Notes under the pieces: generated by a model
What the model saw: the letters and a program-made list of their open reading frames with translations, nothing else
Told to the model about the DNA's origin: nothing
Databases searched by the model: none
Position numbers and translations under genes: made by a program
Origin: Bugula neritina
Taxonomy: Eukaryota > Animalia > Bryozoa
Length of the DNA stretch: 64,000 nucleotides
Assembly (NCBI GenBank): GCA_964035545.1
Contig: CAXIUT010000183.1
Location: forward strand, 682,001-746,000
Reading direction: 5' to 3'
Shown here: piece by piece, positions 18,001 to 28,789 of the stretch
Layout: each line of letters starts with the position of its first letter
Position numbering within the stretch: the first letter of the stretch is position 1

Positions 18001-19510
18001 CAGTACAACACATTGAAATATACTGCAACATACCGGAATATATGGTAAAGTACTGAAATATACTCTAACACACTGAAAAATACTGCAACATACTGAAATA
18101 TACTGCGACACATTGCAATATACTGCAACATACCAAAATATATGGTAAACTACTGAAATATACTTTAACACATTGAAAAATACTGCAACATACTGAAATA
18201 TACTGTAACACACCGAAATATACTGCAACATACTGAAATACACTGTAACATACTGAGATAAACTGCAACATACGAAAATATATGGTAAACTACTGAAATA
18301 TACTTTACAACATTGAAAAATCCTGCAACATACTAAAATATACTGTAACACACTGCAAGATACTGCAACATACCGAAATACACTGTAACATAATGAAACA
18401 CACTGCAACATACTGCATTATACTGACATACACTGGAACATATTGAAATACACTGCAACATCCTACAACATGGTGAAATACACTGTAACATATTGAAATA
18501 CACTGCAACAGATTGAAAAATACTGCAACATACCGAAATATATGGTAAACTATTGAATTATACTGTAACACATTGAAAAATACTGAAACACACTGAAATA
18601 TACTCTGACACAATGCAAAATACTGTAACATACTGAAATATGCTGTAGCACACTGAAATACACTGCAACTCACTGAAATATACTGCTACATACTGAAAAA
18701 CACTGTAACATATTGAGACATACTGCAACATACTGCAACATACTGAAATACACTGTAACATACTGAAATACATTGCAAAATACTGCAACATATTGAAATA
18801 CACTGCAACACATTGAAATATACTGCAACATACCTAAATATCCGGTAATATACTGAAATATACTGTAACACATTGAAAAATACTGCATTATACTGAAATA
18901 CACTGCAACCCACTGAAATACATCGCAAAAGACTACAACATACTGAAATACACTGTAACATATTGAAATACACTGCAACACATTGAAATATACTGCAACA
19001 TACCGCAATATATGGTAAACTACTGAAATATACTGTAACACATTGAAAAATACTGCATCATACTGAAATATACTGCGACATAATGCAATATTCTGTAACA
19101 TACTGAGATATGCCGTAGCACACTGAAATACACTACAACTCACTGAAACATACTGCAACATACTGAAATACACTGTAACATCCTACAACATACTGAAATA
19201 CACAGTAACATATTGAAATACACTGCAACACATTGAAATATACTGCAACATACCTAAATATACGGTAATATACTGAAATATACTGTAACACATTGAAAAA
19301 TACTGCAAGATACTGAAATATACTGTGACACATTGCAATATACTGTAACATACTGAAATATGCTCAAGCACACTGAAATACACTGCACCTCACTGAAATA
19401 TACTGCAACATACTGAAATACACTGCAACCTCCTACAACATGCTGAAATACACTGCGACATATTGAAAGACACTGCAAGACAATGAAATATACTGCAACA
19501 TACTGAAATA
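1..19510. repeat. Satellite array, left block (10-bp monomers CAACATACTG/AAATAYACTG forming a 20-bp dimer; runs off the window edge)
   Basis: Uninterrupted 10-bp periodicity visible column by column. Recurrent variant monomers (ATATATGGTA, AACTACTGAA, GCACACTGAA, ACTCACTGAA, ACATCCTACA). Ends at ...TACTGAAATA (19510), where unique sequence begins. Confidence 0.98.
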
Positions 19511-19675
19511 CACAGTTAGTTTAAGGTCATTACTTTCCAGATTCATGCACTGCTTTATGTTATATATAAACGGTTTCCAGGGGATAGCTCGAACAGTTTT
19601 TGTCTCACATTAACAAATTTTACATGAAAAGATAGCTCTTGCATTCCTCTTTCATATAATTTTTTAATTTTTCAA
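19511..19675 (+). repeat. Left long imperfect terminal inverted repeat of copy 1
   Basis: Core 20-mer at 19511-19530, followed by blocks TGCTTTATGTTATATAT, GATAGCTCGAACAG (19583-19596), ATGAAAAGATA (19624-19634) and a T-rich TTTTTCAA block. All are matched in inverted order at the right end. The inner boundary is approximate. Confidence 0.85.
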
Positions 19676-20414
19676 TAAAAAATTTTCTGAGAAAGTTGTT
19701 GCATAATAAGTAAAATTTTACACCCTCCATGTTCCACTGCTGTAGCACAGGGGATTCATTTTATAAAGTCTAAAAGTTAAACTTGACATTCCTTGATATG
19801 TTTTCTCTAATATACTTTCTTTGTTTTTTGAAATTCTGTTTATGCTTTTCACAATTTAGTAAAAACATACACCATTTTGCAAGTTTCACTGCAATTTTCT
19901 AAATTTTTCATATGGTGGTTCTAGCTACGCTCCTGTGACTAATTATAACATTCCTAGTACGTTTGCCGCTCTGCGCTATCACAATAACATATAGTACCCT
20001 CTCGCACAAATTGGCAATCTATTGGATTTCTGCCAATATAATGTTCCCTGTTTTACATTAGCACTTAGCTGAATCATCTCACTATGTTACAATAATATTA
20101 TATTGAAAATGCCTCAGCACAACATAATTCTTTGTTTGTTTGGCAGAGTTAATTTCAGCTAAATCACTTCACTTTGCAGTCTTGTCAGTAAAGGTCTGTC
20201 TATAGCGCAACAGGTGTATACTTTCAGTTTCTCTAATTCACATATGATTATTTTAAGTACATTGTATTCTATAAGATCAATTTAAGGTTTAGTCTAGTGT
20301 TCAGTATCTAATTATTATGCATGTATGTTGTCTTACTGTTGAACAAAAGTTAAAAAAAAACTTTACAATTATAGCCATATTTATTATACATGCGTAGGAT
20401 TTGCATAAGTTGAC

Positions 20415-20495
20415 AAAAAAAATTGCAACAAAACAGGGTTGAACCATGACCAACCAACTCGTCGCTGACGCCTCTAACCTCTGGACCACGCAGTC
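20415..20495 (-). pseudogene. tRNA-derived (SINE-head-like) Pol III cassette inside transposon copy 1
   Basis: Minus strand reads GACTGCG TGGTCCAGAGG TTAGAGGCG TCAGC GACGA GTTGG TTGGT CATGGTTCAACCCTGTT TTGTTGCAA T8. A box at 20488-20478 and B box GGTTCAACCC at 20445-20436 are at tRNA-like spacing. The anticodon-like stem has a 5-nt loop, there is no acceptor stem, and a T-run follows. Confidence 0.62.
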
Positions 20496-21435
20496 ATGCT
20501 TCTAAAACGTGCACTATTTGAGTCACTATCATTACATAAATATTTCGCGCGCAAATGGGTTATAATTATTAGGCTGTCAATTCATGTTGATAGCAGTCAA
20601 AGCAAATGGTTTTGAACAAATAACCCAAAAGTTTAAAAATAAGTAGCTTGCGTATTACTAGCTACAAAAACAGGTCTGAAATAGACTGGTAAAGCAAGCT
20701 CTTATTGTAGAGTTTGCAGATGTGCTCTAAAATAAAACTTAAACTGTATGCTATTACATAAGTATTTGTATGCGAGAGATAAATGGACATTACTGAGTTT
20801 CTGGAAAACAACATACTTGAAGTTAACTTTGACAATGGTGTGTTATTTTCATCATAGCTAGCCTATAGCATAAATCTCTAATCATATGAATCTTTATGAA
20901 GCCCACAGCTCATGTAAGGGTGGCAATGTAATTTAAAATGAACAATTATGTTGCTGCATTGTGTCTAAGGTATATTAGAGAGCAGAATTTGGTTTTACTA
21001 GCCTACCCCAACGGCATTCTACAATGCAGCTTATATGCTGGCAGTTGTAATAAGTACTGCCAATAGCAAGGTTACTATCACTGCTAGCTCTGTGCAGCAT
21101 GTAACCTCTTGAATAATTGCGCCAATTTTAAACTCTTGGAAGTTGGCCAAGTTATCATATCGCAGCCAGCCACCGGAGACAAAGCATCAGAGCTATTCAT
21201 ATAATATTATACTGATGCACTTAGTAGCAGAGTGGCTAATCTAATATAGTTCATAGTTCAACACCCTTTACTTTGGGAATACAGCCTCTTTTTTTAGGTT
21301 TACCTAACAAAGCATGAAAATATCTAAACTGATATTCTGATAATTTAGAGGTACATTTTGAAAACAAGGTTAATTGCACTTGTTTGCGCAACAACAATAA
21401 TAAAATAGATATTATGCAGTATAATAAAAACACAC

Positions 21436-21481
21436 ATAATACTATATAATATATTATAATGATAATAATATAATATTATAA
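21436..21481. repeat. AT-only low-complexity tract (degenerate ATA/TAA) inside the transposon; second copy at ~29630-29675
   Basis: ATAATACTATATAATATATTATAATGATAATAATATAATATTATAA is present in both element copies. Confidence 0.7.
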
Positions 21482-21875
21482 GTACCATTACTGCATTTTA
21501 TAAATCACATGGTTGCCAAAAAAATGTATCACAAATTTTGTAATTATACATCAAAAAGAGAACTAGCTAGGCAGCAGGTTAGAATAGAGTAAATTTTTAA
21601 AACATGAAATCATGATTTGACTATTGTTTTATTTAGGCCAACCAACCTAGGAATACAAGATTGGGTTTTAGCTGACAGTTTATAACATTTAGCTTTTGAG
21701 CCAGCAGCACTGGCACTTGTGAAGTATAGGCAAAGTTAGTGAAGCGAGACTAACAAGCACTCAAATACAAGGCATATTATTGAGACACAATAACAAGTCA
21801 GGAGCGTATAAATTGAAAAGAATGTGGAAGGGGGACTATGTTTTTCAACAAGCTATAACTTAAACATGAATTGGC

Positions 21876-22051
21876 TTTTGAAAAAAATAAAAAAGTATAT
21901 TGGAGAACATGAGTTTTTTTATCTTTTCATATTTTTTTTGTTCCTGTGACATTCAACCTGTTCGAGCTATCAGTGGAACATTGTTCATATAGAACATAAA
22001 GCACCTGGCAAAGAGCCAGAAAATGAAAAGTATGACCTCACACCAACTGTG
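21876..22051 (-). repeat. Right long imperfect terminal inverted repeat of copy 1
   Basis: TATCTTTTCAT (21920-21930), CTGTTCGAGCTATC (21958-21971), ATATAGAACATAAAGCA and the terminal 20-mer (22032-22051) are reverse complements (exact or near-exact) of the left-end blocks. The inner boundary is approximate. Confidence 0.85.
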
Positions 22052-25000
22052 TATACTGTAACACACTGAAATATACTGCAACATACTGAAATACACTGCT
22101 ACATACTGAAATATACGGAAACATACTGCAACATACTGAAATACACTGTAACATACTGAAATACACTGCAACAAACTACAACATATTGAAATACACTGCA
22201 ACACATTGAAATATACTGCAACATACCTAAATATATGGTAATATAGCGGAAAAAAACTGTAACAGATTGAAAAATTCTGCAACATACTGAAATATACTGC
22301 GACACATTGCAATATACTGTAACATACTGAAATACGCTCTAGCACACTGAAATACACTGCAACCCACTGAAATATACTGCAACATACGGAAATACATTGC
22401 AACACATTGAATTACACTGCAACATACCAATATAAATGGTAAACTACTGAAATATACTTTAACACATTGAAAAATACTGCAACATACTGAAATATACTGT
22501 AACACACTGAAATATACTGCAACATACTGAAATACACTGTAACATACTGAAATAAACTGCAACATACTGAAGTACACTGCAACATCCTACAACATACTGA
22601 AATACAATGTAACATATTGAAACACACTGCAACACATTGAAATATACTGCAATGTACCGAATTATATGGTGGACTACTGAAATATACTGTAACACATTGA
22701 AAAATACTGCAAGATACTGAAATATACTGCGACACATTGCAATATACTGTAACATACTGAAATATGCTACAGCACACTGAAATACACTGCAACTCACTGA
22801 TATATACTGCAACATATTGAAATACACTGCAACATTCTACAACGTGCTGAAACACACTGTAACGTATTGAAATACACTGCAACACATTGAAATATACAGC
22901 AACATACCGAAATATATGGTAAACTACTGAAATAGACTGTAACACATTGCAAAAGACTGCAACATACTGAAATATACTGCGACACATTGCAATATACTGT
23001 AACATACTGAAATATGCCCTAGCACACTGAAATACACTGCAACTCACTGAAATATACTGCAGCATACTGAAATACACTGCAACACATTGAAATATACCGC
23101 AACATACCAAAATATATGGTAAACTACTGAAATATACTGTAACACATTGAAAAATACTGCAACATACTGAAATACACTGTAACATACTGAAATAAACTGC
23201 AACATACTGAAATACACTGCTACATACTGAAATATAACTCAACATACTGCAACGTACTGAAATACACTGTAACATATTGAAATACACTGCAACACATTGA
23301 AATATACTGCAACATACCTAAATATACGGTAATATACTGAAATATACTGTAACACATTGAAAAATACTGCAAGATACTGAAATATACTGTGACACATTGC
23401 AATATACTGTAACATACTGAAATATGCTCAAGCACACTGAAATACACTGCACCTCACTGAAATATACTGCAACACACTGAAATACACTGCAACATCCTAC
23501 AACATACTGAAATACACTGCAACATATTGAAAGACACTGCAAGACAATGAAATATACTGCAACATACCAAAATACATGGTAAACTACTGAAATATATTTT
23601 AACACATTGAAAAATACTGCAACATACTGAAATATACTGTAACACACTGAAATATACTGCAACATACTGAAATACACTGCAACATATTGAAAGACACTGC
23701 AAGACAACGAAATATACTGCAACATACTGAAATATACTGTAACACACTGAAATATACTGCAACATACTGAAATACACTGCTACATACTGAAATATACGGC
23801 AACATACTGCAACATACTGAAATACACTGTAACATACTGAAATACACTGTAACAAACTACAACATATTGAAATACACTGCAACACATTGAAATATACTGC
23901 AACATACCTAAATTTACGGTAATATAGCGGAAAAAAACTGTAACAGATTGAAAAACTCTGCAACATACTGAAATATACTGCGACACATTGCAATATACGG
24001 TAACATACTGAAATATGCCCTAGCACACTGAAATACACTGCAACCCACTGAAATATACTGCAACATACGGAAATACACTGCAACACATTGAAATACACTG
24101 CAACATACCGATATAAATGGTAAACTACTGAAATATACTTTAACGCATTGAAAAATACTGCAACATACTGAAATATACTGTAACACACTGAAATATACTG
24201 CAACATACTGAAATACACTGTAACATACTGAAATAAACTGCAACATACTGAAGTACACTGCAACATCCTACAACATACTGAAATACAATGTAACATATTG
24301 AAACACACTGCAACACATTAAAATATACTGCAATGTACCGAATTATATGGTGGACTACTGAAATATACTGTAATACATTGAAAAATACTGCAAGATACTG
24401 AAATATACTGCGACACATTGCAATATACTGTAACATACTGAAATATGCTACAGCACACTGAAATACACTGCAACTCACTGAAATATACTGCAACATATTG
24501 AAATACACTGCAACATTCTACAACATGCTGAAACACACTGTAACGTATTGAAATACACTGCAACACATTGAAATATACAGCAACATACCGAAATATATGG
24601 TAAACTACTGAAATAGACTGTAACACATTGCAAAAGACTGCAACATACTGAAATATACTGCGACACATTGCAATATACTGTAACATACTGAAATATGCCC
24701 TAGCACACTGAAATACACTGCAACTCACTGAAATATACTGCAACATACTGAAATACACTGCAACACATTGAAATATACCGCAACATACCAAAATATATGG
24801 TAAACTACTGAAATATACTTTAACACATTGAAAAATACTGCAACATACTGAAATATACTGTAACACACTGGAATATACTGCAACATACTGAAATACACTG
24901 TAACATACTGAAATAAACTGCAACATACTGAAATACACTGCTACATACTGAAATATAACTCAACATACTGCAACGTACTGAAATACACTGTAACATATTG

Positions 25001-27681
25001 AAATACACTGCAACATACCACAAAATATTGAATTACACTGCAACACATTGAAATATACTCCAATATACCTAAATATACGGTAATATACCGAAAAACACTG
25101 TAACGCATCGAAAAATACTGCAACATACAGAAATACACTGCAACACTATAATCCACTGCACAATACTACAACATACTGAAATACACTGTCACATATTGAA
25201 ATACACTGCAACACATTGAAATATACTGCGACACATTGCAATATACTGTAACATACTGAAACATGCTGTAGCACACTGAAATAGACTGCAGCTCACTGAA
25301 ATATACTGCAACATACTGAAATTCACTGCAGCCTCCTACAACATGCTGAAATACACTGTAACATATTGAAATATACTGCAACACATTGAAATATACTGCA
25401 ACATACCGCAATATATGGTAAACTACTGAAATATACTATAACACATTGAAAAGTACTGCATCATACTGAAATATACTGCGACACAATGCAATATTCTGTA
25501 ACATACTGAGATATGCTGTAGCACACTGAAATACACTACAACTCACTGAAACATACTGCAACATACTGAAATACACTGTAACATCCTACAACATACTGAA
25601 ATACACAGTAACATATTGAAATACACTGCAACGCATTGAAATATACTGCAACATACCTAAATATATGGTAATATAATGAAATATACTGTAACACATTGAA
25701 AAATACTGCAAGATACTGAAATATACTGTGACACATTGCAATATACTGTAACATACTGAAATATGCTCAAGCACACTGAAATACACTGCACCTCACTGAA
25801 ATATACTGCAACATACTGAAATACACTGCAACATCCTACAACATACTGAAATACACTGCAACATATTGAAAGACACTGCAAGACAATGAAATATACTGCA
25901 ACATACCAAAATACATGGTAAACTACTGAAATATATTTTGACACATTGAAAAATACTGCAACATGCTGAAATATACTGTAACACACTGAAATATACTGCA
26001 ACATACTGAAATACACTGCAACATATTGAAAGACACTGCAAGACAATGAAATATACTGCAACATACTGAAATATACTGTAACACACTGAAATATACTGCA
26101 ACATACTGAAATACACTGCTACATACTGAAATATACGGCAACATACTACAACATACTGAAATACACTGTAACATACTGAAATACACTGTAACAAACTACA
26201 ACATATTGAAATACACTGCAACACATTGAAATATACTGCAACATACCTAAATTTACGGTAATATAGCGGAAAAAAACTGTAACAGATTGAAAAAGTCTGC
26301 AACATACTGAAATATACTGCGACACATTGCAATATACGGTAACATACTGAAATATGCTCTAGCACACTAAAATACACTGCAACCCACTGAAATATACTGC
26401 AACATACGGAAATACACTGCAACACATTGAAATACACTGCAACATACCAATATAAATGGTAAACTACTGAAATATACTTTAACACATTGAAAAATACTGC
26501 AACATACTGAAATATACTGTAACACACTGAAATATACTGCAACATACTGAAATACACTGTAACATACTGAAATAAACTGCAACATACTGAAGTACACTGC
26601 AACATCCTACAACATACTGAATTACAATGTAACATATTGAAACACACTGCAACACATTGAAATATACTGCAATGTACCGAATTATATGGTGGACTTCTGA
26701 AATATGCTGTAAGACATTGAAAAATACTGCAAGATACTGAAATATACTGCGACACATTGCAATATACTGTAACATACTGAAATATGCTACAGCACACTGA
26801 AATACACTGCAACTCACTGAAATATACTGCAACATATTGAAATACACTGCAACATTCTACAACATGCTGAAACACACTGTAACGTATTGAAATACACTGC
26901 AACACATTGAAATATACAGCAACATACCGAAATATATGGTAAACTACTGAAATAGACTGTAACACATTGCAAAAGACTGCAACATACTGAAATATACTGC
27001 GACACATTGCAATATACTGTAACATACTGAAATATGCCCTAGCAAACTGAAATACACTGCAACTCCCTGAAATATACTGCAACATACTGAAATACACTGC
27101 AACACATTGAAATATACCGCAACATACCAAAATATATGGTAAACTACTGAAATATATTTTAACACATTGAAAAATACTGCAACATACTGAAATATACTGT
27201 AACACACTGAAATATACTGCAACATACTGAAATACACTGTAACATACTGAAATAAACTGCAACATACTGAAATACACTGCTACATACTGAAATATAACTC
27301 AACATACTGCAACGTACTGAAATACACTGTAACGTATTGAAATACACTGCAACATACCACAAAATATTGAATTACACTGCAACACATTGAAATATACTCC
27401 AATATACCTAAATATACGGTAATATGCCGAAAAACACTGTAACGCATCGTAAAATACTGCAACATACAGAAATACACTGCAACACTATAATCCACTGCAC
27501 AATACTACAACATACTGAAATACACTGTCACATATTGAAATACACTGCAACACATTGAAATATACTGCGACACATTGCAATATACTGTAACATACTGAAA
27601 CATGCTGTAGCACACTGAAGTAGACTGCAGCTCACTGAATTATACTGCAACATACTGAAATTCACTGCAGCCTCCTACAAC
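22052..27681. repeat. Satellite array, middle block between the two transposon copies
   Basis: Same 10/20-bp unit and orientation. It resumes in register after the TA duplication and stops at ...CCTCCTACAAC (27681). Confidence 0.98.
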
Positions 27682-28469
27682 CACAGTTAGTTTAAGGTCA
27701 TTACTTTCCACATTCAGGCACTGCTTTATGTTATATATAAACGGTTTCCAGGGGATAGCTCGAACAGTTTTTGTCTCACATTAACAAATTTTACATGAAA
27801 AGATAGCTCTTGCATCCCTCTTTCATATACTTTTTTAATTTTTCAATAAAAAATTTTCTGAGAAAGTTGTTGCATAATAAGTAAAATTTTACACCCTCCA
27901 TGTTCCACTGCTGTAGCACAGGGGATTCATTTTATAAAGTCTAAAAGTTAAACTTGACATTCCTTAATATGTTTTCTCTAATATACTTTCTTTGTTTTTT
28001 GAAATTCTGTTTATGCTCTTCACAATTTGGTAAAAACATACACCATTTTGCAAGTTTCACTGCAATTATCTAAATTCTTCATATGGTGGTTCTAGCTACG
28101 CTCCTGTGACTAATTATAACATTCCTAGTACGTTTGCCGCTCTGCGCTATCACAATAACATATAGTACCCTCTCGCACAAATTGGCAATCTATTGGATTT
28201 CTGCCAATATAATGTTCCCTGTTTTACATTAGCACTTAGCTGAATCATCTCACTATGTTACAATCTATTGACAATGCCTCAGCACAACATAATTCTTTGT
28301 TTGTTTGGCAGAGTTAATTTCGGCTAAATCACTTCACTTTGCAGTCTTGTCAGTAAAGGTCTGTCTATAGTGCAGCAGTTGTACTTCCAGTTTCTCTAAT
28401 TCACATATGATTATTTTAAGTACATTGTATTCTATAAGATCAATTTAAAGTTTAGCCCAGTGTTCAGTA

Positions 28470-28789
28470 GCTAAGTATTATGCATGTATGTTGTCTTACT
28501 GTTGAACAAAAGTTAAAAAAAACTTTACAATTATAGCCATATTTATTATACATGCGTAGGATTTGCATAAATTGACAAAAAAAAATGCAGCATAATAGGA
28601 TTGAACCATGACCAACCAGCTTCTCGCTGACGCCTTTAACCTCTGGACCACGCAGTCGTCGTTAATAAATTGTCAACTATATGAGTAACTATGAGTACAT
28701 AAATATTTTGCGCGCAAATGGGTTATAATTATTAGGCTGTCAATTCATGTTGATAGCAGTCAACTGTTGCAATAGTCTCGGGTTACTAG
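28470..28789 (+). mobile_element. Possible degraded nested non-autonomous Helitron-like fragment (~320 bp) carrying the tRNA-like cassette; counterpart at ~20307-20600 in copy 1
   Basis: Copy 1 has A|TCTAATTATTAT at 20307 (a Helitron-like 5' TC after A). Copy 2 has CTGTTGCAATAGTCTCGGG-TTA-CTAG at 28764-28789 (a decayed hairpin plus CTAG). Neither copy keeps both ends, and the hairpin is imperfect. Confidence 0.3.
28577..28657 (-). pseudogene. tRNA-derived (SINE-head-like) Pol III cassette inside transposon copy 2
   Basis: Minus strand has A box TGGTCCAGAGG (28650-28640), stem TCAGC-GAGAA-GCTGG, B box GGTTCAATCC (28607-28598), then TATT ATGCTGC A and T9 (28585-28577). The acceptor stem does not pair. 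Confidence 0.65.

Larger units (their letters stand above)
19511..22051. mobile_element. Non-autonomous TIR DNA transposon, copy 1 (2,541 bp), probably CMC (EnSpm/CACTA-Mirage-like) superfamily
   Basis: Starts CACAGTTAGTTTAAGGTCAT and ends ATGACCTCACACCAACTGTG (17/20 inverted match). Flanked by a TA duplication (19509-19510 and 22052-22053). The empty site is seen at ~3431-3460, where the flank offset changes from 16,067 to 18,610 (= 2,541 + 2). No long ORF. The superfamily is inferred from CAC termini plus the 2-bp TSD only. Confidence 0.92.

Noticed and set aside
19511-19550. RAG/Transib-type recombination signal (CACAGTG-like heptamer)
   Set aside because: The terminus is CACAGTT, no ACAAAAACC-like nonamer lies at 12- or 23-bp spacing at either end, and the TSD is 2 bp rather than the 5 bp of Transib/ProtoRAG.
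20415-20495. Functional tRNA gene
   Set aside because: The acceptor stem does not pair, and the anticodon loop is 5 nt and differs between copies.
20301-21433. Short ORFs within the element (20301-20489, 21251-21433) and the exon-like stretch MDITEFLENNILEVNFDNG near 20783 as transposase remnants
   Set aside because: They are only about 60 aa or less, have no recognisable DDE or zinc-finger motif, and the two listed ORFs have no counterpart in the ORF track for copy 2. A TBLASTX/HMM search would be needed to detect any relic.
19509-22053. Tc1/mariner assignment based on the TA duplication of copy 1
   Set aside because: Copy 2 of the same family duplicates AC, so the target is not obligatorily TA.
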